A DNA stretch of 64,000 nucleotides from Acidimicrobiales bacterium (GTDB lineage: Bacteria; Actinomycetota; Acidimicrobiia; Acidimicrobiales; Ilumatobacteraceae), in NCBI GenBank assembly GCA_038321235.1, contig JBBQEU010000001.1, positions 51,698 through 115,697 of the forward strand. The letters run 5' to 3'. Below, one piece after another: positions 1 through 8,390 of this stretch (the first letter of the stretch is position 1; the number at the start of each line of letters is the position of its first letter). The notes beneath the pieces are model-generated. The model was not told the DNA's origin. It ran no database searches and saw only the letters and a program-made list of their open reading frames with translations. Made by a program: the position numbers and the translations under genes.

Positions 1-1053
1 ACAGCTCAGACCGTCGAGTTCGACCTCGCGTCGGGGACCCGCGGGTCGCGCCAGCGGGCCGTCGGTCAGTTGCTGGCCCGTCTGTGCGGTGCCGAGTCGG
101 CGATGTTGGTCAACAACAATGCGGCAGCGGTCATGCTCGTGCTCGCCGCCCTCGCCGAGGGACGTGACGTCCCTGTCAGCCGCGGCGAGAGCGTGGAGAT
201 CGGCGGCTCGTTCCGTGTGCCGGAGGTGATGGAGCAGTCCGGGGCCAGACTCCTCGACGTCGGCACCACCAACCGCACCCGTCTCGACGACTATCGCCGA
301 GCGCTCGACCGACCCGGCGTCGACGCGGCGCTCGTGCTCAAGGTGCATCCGAGCAACTACCGGGTCGAAGGATTCGTCGAGGAGACCACGGTGCGCGAGT
401 TGGCGACACTCGGCGTGCCCGTCGTCGCCGACATCGGGAGCGGGTTGATCGACGCGAACTGTCCGTGGTTGCCCGGCGCGCCTCCGGCGTGGCTCGCGGG
501 TGAGCCCGCGGCGCTGCAGACGCTCGGTGACGGTGCGGCGCTCGTCACCTTCAGTGGCGACAAGCTCCTCGGTGGTCCGCAAGCAGGCATCATCGCCGGT
601 CGAGCCGACCTGGTCGAGCGCTGCCAGCGCCATCCACTGGCGCGGGCACTGCGCCCCGGGGGCCTGGTGCTCGCCGCGATGCAGGAGACGGCCCTCACGT
701 ACCTCGACAAGCGCGCGACGACCGACATCGCATTCTGGGCGATGGTCGCGACACCGGTTGCGGAGCTGCGTCACCGCGCCGAGGCGGTGGTCACAGCGGT
801 GTTGGATGTGCACCCGTCGGCCAGAGCGTGTGACATGGAGGCGTTGCCGGGCGCTGGCTCGGCCCCGGGCGTCACGATGGCGTCGTACGGCGTCGAGATC
901 GACGGTGACCTGCTCGCGGTTCTGCGCCGACACGACCCGCCTGTGATCGCGCGTTCGCGCGACGACCGCACGATGCTCGATCTCCGATCGGTCGCGCCGG
1001 CCGACGACGCGGCCATCATGGCAGCGCTCACGGCGTCGCGCGCGCCGTCGTGA
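1..1053 (+). CDS. selA: L-seryl-tRNA(Sec) selenium transferase SelA, 5' end cut by window edge
   Basis: Frame 1 is open from base 1 to TGA 1051-1053. The translation (AMLVNNNAAAVMLVLAALAEGRDVPVSRGESVEIGGSFRVPEVM ... FSGDKLLGGPQAGIIAG) matches the SelA PLP-enzyme family, including the GDKLLGGPQ lysine region. The stop overlaps the selB start (GTGA). Confidence 0.85.
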   Translation, partial: TAQTVEFDLASGTRGSRQRAVGQLLARLCGAESAMLVNNNAAAVMLVLAALAEGRDVPVSRGESVEIGGSFRVPEVMEQSGARLLDVGTTNRTRLDDYRRALDRPGVDAALVLKVHPSNYRVEGFVEETTVRELATLGVPVVADIGSGLIDANCPWLPGAPPAWLAGEPAALQTLGDGAALVTFSGDKLLGGPQAGIIAGRADLVERCQRHPLARALRPGGLVLAAMQETALTYLDKRATTDIAFWAMVATPVAELRHRAEAVVTAVLDVHPSARACDMEALPGAGSAPGVTMASYGVEIDGDLLAVLRRHDPPVIARSRDDRTMLDLRSVAPADDAAIMAALTASRAPS

Positions 1054-2762
1054 CCGTCGTCGCCACCGCCGGCCACGTCGATCACGGCAAGTCGTCGTTG
1101 GTCCTCGCCCTCACGGGCACCGATCCCGACCGGTTCGAGGAGGAGAAGCGTCGCGGCCTCACGATCGATCTCGGTTTCGCCCACACGACACTGCCGTCGG
1201 GCGAGGAACTGAGCTTCATCGACGTGCCCGGCCACGTGAAGTTCCTGCGCAACATGCTCGCTGGTGTCGGCGGGGTGACGGCGTGCGTGTTCGTGGTCGC
1301 CGCCACCGAGGGGTGGAAGCCGCAGTCCGAGGAGCACCTCCGCATTCTCGAACTCCTCGGCATCGACTCGGGACTGATCGCGCTCACCAAGTCCGACCTG
1401 GTCGACGACGACCTCCTCGAGTTGGCGCAGATGGATGTCGCAGATCACGTCACCGGCACGTTCCTCGCCGATGCTCCGGTCGTGGCGGTGTCGGCGACGA
1501 CGGGGAACGGGCTGGAACGGTTCCGCAACGAGCTCGACGCGCTCGTTGCACGCACCGATCGGGCGGCTGACCGCGGGCGCCCCCGGTTGTGGATCGACCG
1601 CGTCTTCGCGGCGAAGGGGAGCGGCACCGTGGTCACCGGGACACTGACGGGAGGGCGCGTCGGCGTCGATCAGAACATGGTCGTCGGCGCACGGGAGGTG
1701 CGAATCCGTGCGTTGCAGACCGCTGGTCGAACCGTCGGCGAGATCGGGCCGGGCACACGGGTCGCGGTGAACCTCTCGGGCGTCGACCATCACGACCTCG
1801 CGCGCGGCGATGCCCTGGTCGCCCCTGCCCAGTGGCGACTCACCGATCGTTTCGACGCATCCGTGCACGTCCTCGGCGCCCTCGATCACGACTTGTCACG
1901 GCGCGGTGCCTTCGTCGCGTACATCGGGTCGGGTGAGCATCCGGTGCGGTTGCGCGTGCTGGGCACCGAGACCCTGGCTCCCGGTACGGATGGCGCCGTG
2001 CGTCTGTTCATGCCCCGACCGCTGCCGCTGCTCCCCGGCGATCGATTCGTGTTGCGCGAGTCGGGCCGTGACGAGACGATCGGCGGCGGCGAGGTACTCG
2101 ACATCGAGCCCGTGCTGCGGGCCTCTCGCGCAGCACCCGACCGTACGATCGAGCGGCTGGTGCGCGAGCGCGGTTGGGTGACTGCCCGCGACGTCGAACA
2201 GCTCACCGGCGAACGCATCGAGCCGACCATCGGCGAGTGGTTGACGACCGACGACGAGCTGACCGTGATGCGTACGTCGCTCGTCGAGCGCGTCGGTGCA
2301 GCGGGTTCGACCGGGCTCGACCTGGCCTCGTTCGACGACCGAGAGCGGGCGGTGCTCGCGACGATCGATGAGGTCGTCATCGACGCGGCGGCGGTTCGGA
2401 CCGCGGACGTGGTCGATCCCTACGTCGACCATCCGTACCTTGCCGTCGTCCGATCAGGCGGGTTCACCCCTCCGCAGCCCGACGACGTCGATCGTGGCGA
2501 ACTGCGTGAGCTCGTGCGTCGCGGTCACGTCGTGACGCGCGACGGGATGTACTTCCACGCCGACACCATCGACGCCGCCGCGGCTCTGGCGGCGCAGTTG
2601 CTGTCGAGCTCGCCGGGCGGTTTCACGGTGGCAGCGTTCCGAGATGCGACGGCCACGAGCCGCAAGTTCGTCCTACCGCTGGTCGCCGAACTCGACGCCC
2701 GCGGGGTGACCCGTCGCCGCGACGACCTGCGCATCGCTGGGCCTCGGCTCCCCGACATCTGA
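1050..2762 (+). CDS. selB: selenocysteine-specific translation elongation factor SelB
   Basis: 570-aa ORF with a GTG start overlapping the selA stop. GTPase motifs are GHVDHGKSSLV (G1), DVPGH (G3) and TKSD (G4). The long C-terminal extension is typical of the SECIS-binding winged-helix region. Confidence 0.9.
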   Translation: MTVVATAGHVDHGKSSLVLALTGTDPDRFEEEKRRGLTIDLGFAHTTLPSGEELSFIDVPGHVKFLRNMLAGVGGVTACVFVVAATEGWKPQSEEHLRILELLGIDSGLIALTKSDLVDDDLLELAQMDVADHVTGTFLADAPVVAVSATTGNGLERFRNELDALVARTDRAADRGRPRLWIDRVFAAKGSGTVVTGTLTGGRVGVDQNMVVGAREVRIRALQTAGRTVGEIGPGTRVAVNLSGVDHHDLARGDALVAPAQWRLTDRFDASVHVLGALDHDLSRRGAFVAYIGSGEHPVRLRVLGTETLAPGTDGAVRLFMPRPLPLLPGDRFVLRESGRDETIGGGEVLDIEPVLRASRAAPDRTIERLVRERGWVTARDVEQLTGERIEPTIGEWLTTDDELTVMRTSLVERVGAAGSTGLDLASFDDRERAVLATIDEVVIDAAAVRTADVVDPYVDHPYLAVVRSGGFTPPQPDDVDRGELRELVRRGHVVTRDGMYFHADTIDAAAALAAQLLSSSPGGFTVAAFRDATATSRKFVLPLVAELDARGVTRRRDDLRIAGPRLPDI

Positions 2763-2763
2763 A

Positions 2764-4164
2764 TCAGTTGGCGTCAGCGGGCTCGCTGCTCTCGCTGCTG
2801 TCGGCGTCGGACGGCTTCTTGCGCATCTCGCGATAGTCGCGGGCCGCGCCCTCGAGCGGTTCCACGTCGAGGGTGACACCGTCGATCGCCGCGACCCGGA
2901 TCGGTTCTCCCACAGCGATCGGCGTGGCCCGGTTGGTGCGTGCCCGCCACGTGGCCGAGTTGACCTCGACGTAGCCTTCGGGATCCACAGCGCTGAGGGC
3001 ACTGCCTTCCCGACCGATCATCCACTCGCGCCCGATCGTGGGGGTGGCGAACCTCGTGCGCACCATCGACGGCATCCCGACGATGAAGGTGAGCGAGATG
3101 CCGCCCACCCCGGCGATGAGTGCGAGCCACGACGGACGCATCGACGAGCCGGGGATCGACTCGAACAGGAACCAGCTCCCGATGATCGTGAGCACGATGC
3201 CCACACCGGTCCACAGTCTGGGAATCCCCACTTGCACGTCGATCGCGAATGCGATCATCGCGAGCATGATCAATGCGACCGCCCAGGTGCGCGTCGGGAG
3301 CACCGCCAGCCCGGTGAAGGCGAGCACCGTGCACACGGCGCCGACCGCGCCCGCGATGCCGACACCGGCGGTGAAGAACTCGAACAGCAGGAGCGCGAGG
3401 CCGGTCAACAGCAGCAAGTAGGCGACGGGTGGGCTGGCCACGGTGTGGAACAGCTGATCGACGAGCGTGAGCTTGGCGAACCGCACGACCGACACGGTGT
3501 CGAACCGCGTCGCTCCGTCGTCGAGCACGACGAGTTCGGTGGTGACGAGCACGACGCCGTTCTCCTCGTAGCCGTCCATCGCCGCAACCATGTTCGTGAT
3601 CGTCGGGATGCCTTCGTCGTCGATGCGTTGCTTGAACACGTCGAGCAACCGGGCATCGGACAGGCCGACCGAGCCGTTGCGGAGCCGTTCCTCGGCAACG
3701 CCGAAGTCGACCGCCACGCCATCGGGCAGGCCAGGTGGGTCGAGTTGCACCCCGATGTAGCCGACCCGGGCACCAGGAGCCATGCCCGTGACATCGGCCA
3801 CGGCCAACATCTGAGCAGCAGGCCCGTAGAAACGGGCGCCACTCGGCCCGACCCAGATCCCGATCGGAATCGGGGCGGTGGCGACTCGCACGAGGAGGTC
3901 TTCGACCACGTCGTCGTCGACGATGGTGCCGTCACTGTTGACCTGGAGGATCAGTGCTTGTGAACTGTCGCGTACGGCGCGATCGATCGCGTCGTCGATG
4001 GTGTCGACCAGGATCGGATCGATGAACCCGCTGACCTGGAGGACATCGACGCGTGCCACCGGCGCACCGGTATCGGAGTCGGCGTCGTCTTGCGCGTCGG
4101 CGCTCGGCCCGATCAGGGTGAGCCCGGCCACCAGCGTGAGCATGCCGATCGCTAGTCTTCGCAC
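2764..4164 (-). CDS. NfeD-family membrane-bound serine protease (ClpP-class N-domain, TM bundle, C-terminal NfeD OB domain)
   Basis: The N-terminus is signal-like (LTLVAGLTLIGPSADAQ). A periplasmic ClpP-like region is followed by about 5 hydrophobic helices and a C-terminal GEPIRVAAIDGVTLDVEPL OB-fold motif. I chose GTG 4164, preceded by GGAGG at 5-nt spacing. The ORF-track start 4284 adds an Arg/Pro-rich head that I do not believe; ATG 4143 is an alternative. Confidence 0.7.
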   Translation of the reverse strand: MRRLAIGMLTLVAGLTLIGPSADAQDDADSDTGAPVARVDVLQVSGFIDPILVDTIDDAIDRAVRDSSQALILQVNSDGTIVDDDVVEDLLVRVATAPIPIGIWVGPSGARFYGPAAQMLAVADVTGMAPGARVGYIGVQLDPPGLPDGVAVDFGVAEERLRNGSVGLSDARLLDVFKQRIDDEGIPTITNMVAAMDGYEENGVVLVTTELVVLDDGATRFDTVSVVRFAKLTLVDQLFHTVASPPVAYLLLLTGLALLLFEFFTAGVGIAGAVGAVCTVLAFTGLAVLPTRTWAVALIMLAMIAFAIDVQVGIPRLWTGVGIVLTIIGSWFLFESIPGSSMRPSWLALIAGVGGISLTFIVGMPSMVRTRFATPTIGREWMIGREGSALSAVDPEGYVEVNSATWRARTNRATPIAVGEPIRVAAIDGVTLDVEPLEGAARDYREMRKKPSDADSSESSEPADAN

Positions 4165-4166
4165 AG

Positions 4167-5057
4167 GTGCCTCCAGAGAACGAGTTCCCGCTGCAGTCGT
4201 TGACTGCTGCCCGCGTCGTCGTGGTGGCGGGCAAGGGCGGTGTGGGAAAGACCACGGTAACGGCTGTGATCGCCCGTGCCGCATCGGATGCCGGCCAGCG
4301 AGTCCTGGTCGTCGAACTCGACGGCAAGCCGACGCTGGCCGAGCTCCTCCCCGACCTGGAGGTACTCGCGATCTCTGCGCCCGAGGCGCTCGACGAGTAC
4401 TTACGCGAGCACGGTTTCGCCCGCATTGCCAAGCGGCTGAACCGCACCGGTGTCATCGACGTCGTCGGCACAGCCGCGCCCGGGATCGATGACATCGTCG
4501 TGCTCGGGAAGATCAAACAGCTGGAGCGATCGGGCGACTACGACCTGATCGTGGTCGACGGTCCCGCTGCCGGCCACGCCATCACGTTCCTCACCTCGGC
4601 AGCCGGTCTGGCCGACGCTGTCAGCTCCGGTCCGGTGAGGGCCCAGGCTGATGAGGTGCTCGAACTGCTCCACGATCCCGAACGCTGCCAGGTGGTCCTG
4701 GTCACGCTTCCGGAGACCACACCAGTCAACGAGGTGGTCGAGACAGCCTTCGCTCTGGAGGATGTCGTCGGTGTGCAACTCGGACCGGTGGTCGTGAACG
4801 GTGTCGATCTCGGCGATCCTCTGCCGGACGAGGCCAGCGCGCGTCGCGCGGTCGCCGACCTCGAACCGGCAATCGCGGCCGCGTTGACGGACGCTGCAGC
4901 GTTTCGGCGGTCGCGTCGGGCGATGGAGGCCGGTGAGATCGCTCGGCTGGCAGCTGAACTGCCCATCCCCAAGGTGACGTTGCCGGCTCTCGCGGCGGCT
5001 GGGTTGACGTCATCCGACATCGCCGAACTGGCTGCAACGCTCGGGGCCGACGCATGA
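4167..5057 (+). CDS. ArsA/Get3-family P-loop ATPase, first of a pair
   Basis: Deviant Walker A VVVVAGKGGVGKTTVTA. The stop overlaps the next ArsA-like gene (ATGA at 5054). The start is uncertain: GTG 4167 lies only 2 nt from the divergent NfeD start, and TTG 4200 is equally plausible. Confidence 0.75.
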   Translation: MPPENEFPLQSLTAARVVVVAGKGGVGKTTVTAVIARAASDAGQRVLVVELDGKPTLAELLPDLEVLAISAPEALDEYLREHGFARIAKRLNRTGVIDVVGTAAPGIDDIVVLGKIKQLERSGDYDLIVVDGPAAGHAITFLTSAAGLADAVSSGPVRAQADEVLELLHDPERCQVVLVTLPETTPVNEVVETAFALEDVVGVQLGPVVVNGVDLGDPLPDEASARRAVADLEPAIAAALTDAAAFRRSRRAMEAGEIARLAAELPIPKVTLPALAAAGLTSSDIAELAATLGADA

Positions 5058-6214
5058 CGGTGCAGGATGTGAGTGACCCACAGCCCTCCAAGCCGGGCGC
5101 CGGCGACGTGATCGACGCGTCGACGGTGATCGTCTGTTGCGGCTCGGGTGGCGTGGGGAAGACCACGACTGCTGCGGTGCTGGGTCTCGAAGCCGCCCGA
5201 CGGGGACGACGCGCCGTGGTCGTCACGATCGATCCGGCCCGGCGACTGGCCGATGCACTCGGACTCGAGGGCGGACTTGCGTCCGAACCCCAACGAATCG
5301 AGCTGGGCTCGCGCGTCGACTCGACGGGTGACGGCGAGCTGTGGGCGATGATGCTCGACACCGCAGCGACCTTCGACGGGCTGGTGCGCCGACATGCCGA
5401 CTCCGACGAGCAGATCGAGCGGATCCTCACGAATCCCTTCTACCGCAACATCGCGGGGGCGCTGAGCGGCACGCAGGAATACATGGCGGCCGAGACGTTG
5501 CACGAACTGCACGGTGACGAACGGTTCGATCTGGTCATCGTCGACACCCCACCGAGCCGCAACGCGCTCGACTTCCTCGAGGCACCCGGGGTGCTCGCCC
5601 GGTTCCTCGATCATCGGCTGTTCCGCCTGCTGATGCTGCCGACCCGCGGTGGTCTGAGGGTGATCGGCATCGCAACCCAGCCCCTCTTGAAGGCGATCGG
5701 CAAAGTGGTCGGCTCGGACGTGTTGGCCGACTCGGTTGCGTTCTTCCAGGCGTTCGCCGGCATGGAAACCGGCTTTCGTGAACGCGCCGACGACGTGGTG
5801 CAGCTGATCAGGGCTCCGGAGACGTCGTTCGTGGTCGTCGCCTCGCCGCGTCGCGACACGATCGACGAGGCGGTGTGGTTCGCCACGCAATTGGTCGACC
5901 AGGGGGTGGGGGTGACCGCGGTGATCGTCAACCGAGCGCACCCCGAGTTCGGCGACGGAACTTCTGCCGAGGCGGCTGATGCCGCGATCGCTGCCAGCGC
6001 TGACGGCGACGAGGACCTCGTTGGGCTGTGGGACAACGTCGCGGCGCTGCGCACGATTCGAGATCTCGAACTCGATGTGATCGCGCCGCTCACCGCGATC
6101 GTCGGAGGTGATCGTCTCGTCGTGCTCCCGTTGCTCGACGGCGATGTGCACGACCTCGACGGCCTGTTGGTGATGGCTGGTCATCTCTTCGATCATCCGG
6201 TCGTGGACGGGTAG
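5054..6214 (+). CDS. ArsA/Get3-family P-loop ATPase, second of a pair
   Basis: Walker A CCGSGGVGKTTTAAV, followed by TIDPARRLADALG and a DTPP switch region. The paired arrangement resembles the conserved actinobacterial two-gene locus (Rv3679/Rv3680 type). Confidence 0.8.
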   Translation: MTVQDVSDPQPSKPGAGDVIDASTVIVCCGSGGVGKTTTAAVLGLEAARRGRRAVVVTIDPARRLADALGLEGGLASEPQRIELGSRVDSTGDGELWAMMLDTAATFDGLVRRHADSDEQIERILTNPFYRNIAGALSGTQEYMAAETLHELHGDERFDLVIVDTPPSRNALDFLEAPGVLARFLDHRLFRLLMLPTRGGLRVIGIATQPLLKAIGKVVGSDVLADSVAFFQAFAGMETGFRERADDVVQLIRAPETSFVVVASPRRDTIDEAVWFATQLVDQGVGVTAVIVNRAHPEFGDGTSAEAADAAIAASADGDEDLVGLWDNVAALRTIRDLELDVIAPLTAIVGGDRLVVLPLLDGDVHDLDGLLVMAGHLFDHPVVDG

Positions 6215-6224
6215 CGTCTGCGTC

Positions 6225-6719
6225 GTGCACATCCTGCTTGCCACCGATGCCGACTGGATCGTCGACGACATCACTGCCGCGCTCGGCGACATCGACGTCC
6301 ACTTCACCGTGTGTCGCGACGGTCGAGCGGTCGCTCGTCAGGTCGCCGAACGACTCCCGGACCTCGCGATCCTCGACCTCCAGATCGGGTCGATGGGTGG
6401 CATGGCGGTGACCATGTCGCTGCGCCTCGACGAGTCGGCCGGCGTGGTCGAGCACGTCAAGGTGCTGATGCTGCTCGATCGGCGAGCCGACCTCCACCTG
6501 GCGCGCCGCAGCGGCGCCGAGGGATGGTTGGTCAAGCCGCTCGACGCGTTACGTCTTCGTCGTGCCGCAGACGCGATCCTCGCGGGCGGCGTCTACACCG
6601 AGGGTTTGGCGGCTGATGCCGTCGCGGTGGATCCGATGGTTCCGCTGCCCAATGGCGGCGACGACAGCGCCGATGTGACGGAGAATTCCCCCGAGGAAGA
6701 ACCCGCCACCGCTGGATAG
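6225..6719 (+). CDS. stand-alone response-regulator receiver domain protein
   Basis: 164 aa with a GTG start. CheY-like pattern: ILLATD acidic pocket, LAILDLQIGSMGG phospho-acceptor Asp, LVKP conserved Lys. There is no output domain and the tail is acidic. Confidence 0.7.
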   Translation: MHILLATDADWIVDDITAALGDIDVHFTVCRDGRAVARQVAERLPDLAILDLQIGSMGGMAVTMSLRLDESAGVVEHVKVLMLLDRRADLHLARRSGAEGWLVKPLDALRLRRAADAILAGGVYTEGLAADAVAVDPMVPLPNGGDDSADVTENSPEEEPATAG

Positions 6720-6734
6720 CATGGCCAGCCGCTA

Positions 6735-6812
6735 CGGGGTGTAGCGCAGCTTGGTTAGCGCGCCACGTTCGGGACGTGGAGGCCGGAGGTTCAAATCCTC
6801 TCACCCCGACCA
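6735..6812 (+). tRNA. tRNA-Pro (anticodon CGG), CCA encoded
   Basis: Folded by hand as a cloverleaf. Acceptor CGGGGTG/CACCCCG, D stem GCGC/GCGC, anticodon stem CCACG/CGTGG with loop TTCGGGA (anticodon CGG, G37), T stem GGAGG/CCTCT with loop TTCAAAT, discriminator A, then CCA. Confidence 0.9.
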
Positions 6813-7252
6813 ACACTCGATTCGCGCGCAGCGCGGCGCTCCATGGCCTACCGTGGAGCGTGCTTCGATCGTTGCTGTCCCGCGTGCTCTTCGTCCGAGT
6901 GTCCAGCGGAGCGACCGAACCGCTGGGGGATGACGACCGTGCCGTCATCCTCACCGGCTTCGTTGCACATCGGAGCGGATTGCGGACATCCTCACGGGCC
7001 CTCGCCGACGCGAACAGCTTTGCGTCGACCGCTGCCGATCGACGTGAGAGCTGGAATGTCGACTCCGTCCGGACGCTGCGCGGACGCCTCCGCTGGTTCG
7101 CGGGCGTTCTCCGATTCACTCGGACGAGGCCGATCGTCAGGTTCCTGTGCTGGACGTCGCGCCAGCCATCCCCTCCCGCATACCACCTGTCGCTCTCGCC
7201 TGAGTACGACGCTGCGGTCGAACTCCGATTCGCTTCGCCGCCACCTCCATCG

Positions 7253-7690
7253 GTGATCGACGAGGTCATCGCCGCCGCGCCCGATGGCATCGACTGGATC
7301 GCCAGCAGCGAACAGGTATTCGTCTACGACACGGAGGACCCCGATGCCTCGTCGATCTTCGTGTGCTTCCTCGTACATCGCCCGCCGACGATCACACGAC
7401 ACGAGTGCCAGACCTACTGGAAGACCGAACACGCCCAACTGGTGTTACAGAACATGCGCTATCTCAAGTTGACCCAATACCTGCAGGTGCACACGACGGC
7501 CGAACCGCCGCCGGGATGTCTCGACACGTACGACGGCATCGTCTACGCCCGCAAGCCGTCGACCTGGGCGGTCATCCGCCAGCTCCTCCACATCAACGAG
7601 TTCAGGTTCAACGACACCCTCGTCGTCGACGAGACCCACTTCACGTCAGCGACCCCGGTGCTGCTCATGCAACCGGATCGGACGTGGTGA
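7253..7690 (+). CDS. EthD-domain protein (start uncertain)
   Basis: The C-terminal about 120 aa (IFVCFLVHRPPTITRHECQTYWKTEHAQLV ... DGIVYARKPS ... NDTLVVDETHF) looks like an EthD/dimeric alpha-beta barrel domain. The 304-aa ORF-track version starts inside the tRNA and was rejected. GTG 7253 is the first plausible in-frame start upstream of the domain. Confidence 0.45.
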   Translation: MIDEVIAAAPDGIDWIASSEQVFVYDTEDPDASSIFVCFLVHRPPTITRHECQTYWKTEHAQLVLQNMRYLKLTQYLQVHTTAEPPPGCLDTYDGIVYARKPSTWAVIRQLLHINEFRFNDTLVVDETHFTSATPVLLMQPDRTW

Positions 7691-7700
7691 GCGTGGCGTC

Positions 7701-8390
7701 ATGTTGATCGGCCACTACGGCGCCGCACTCGGCCTGAGATCGGCCAACCCGACACCGCCGCTCTGGGTGCTGTTCATCATCGTCCAGACCGTCGACATCG
7801 CGTTCTTCATTCTCTCACCGCTCGGCATCGAGACGCTCGAGTTCTTCCCAGGGGTGTCGGGGCCGCTCGGAATGGATCTCGTGTCGATCCCCTACACGCA
7901 CTCGTTGCTGCTCAACCTCGTGTGCGCCGGTGTGATTCTGGCGATCGGCGTCGGGGTGGGCCACGCCCGCTTCGGGGCGATCATCGCCGCAGCGTTCTTC
8001 TCGCACTGGGCGCTCGACTTCCTCGTGCACCGGCCCGACCTTCCACTCACACCGTCGGAGAACACCAAGGTCGGGCTCGAATGGTGGTCACCGACGCTGC
8101 TCGGCCTGGCGGTCGAGCTGGGTGTCCTGGCGATCGGCGGCATCCTGCTCCACCGGACCCTCACGACCTCACATTCCCGACGTTGGCTCCTGATCTTCCT
8201 CTCCGTCATGGCCGTCATTCAGGTCGGCTACATGTTCCTCCCACCGCTCGAGCCGGCTTGGGTCCTGGCGATTGGAGCGCAGCTGTTGTACGGCGGATTG
8301 GCAGCAGCGGCCTGGTGGTACGAACGCCATGTCGAGGCCCACGCCCACTCAGGTGCCGAGCAGCGTGCGGGCCCGCACGAGGAGCGGTGA
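7701..8390 (+). CDS. polytopic membrane protein, possibly a YdjM/DUF457-like membrane-bound metal-dependent hydrolase
   Basis: 229 aa with 6-7 hydrophobic helices. The motifs PYTHSLL and FFSHWALDFLVH are reminiscent of membrane-embedded His-rich hydrolases. The 3' end overlaps the convergent cyclase gene by 42 nt. Confidence 0.55.
   Translation: MLIGHYGAALGLRSANPTPPLWVLFIIVQTVDIAFFILSPLGIETLEFFPGVSGPLGMDLVSIPYTHSLLLNLVCAGVILAIGVGVGHARFGAIIAAAFFSHWALDFLVHRPDLPLTPSENTKVGLEWWSPTLLGLAVELGVLAIGGILLHRTLTTSHSRRWLLIFLSVMAVIQVGYMFLPPLEPAWVLAIGAQLLYGGLAAAAWWYERHVEAHAHSGAEQRAGPHEER

Noticed and set aside
771-1889. 372-aa minus-strand ORF antisense to selA/selB. Similar long antisense or alternate-frame ORFs occur throughout, for example 4538-6307(-), 12768-14027(-), 14166-16430(-), 17195-18775(-), 29611-32766(+), 34510-36822(+), 45660-48035(-) and 55793-58171(-).
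   Set aside because: All lie opposite or out of frame to genes with clear family motifs. Their translations are Arg/Gly/Asp/His/Pro-rich with no recognisable domains. Long spurious open frames are expected in DNA of this G+C content because stop codons are AT-rich.
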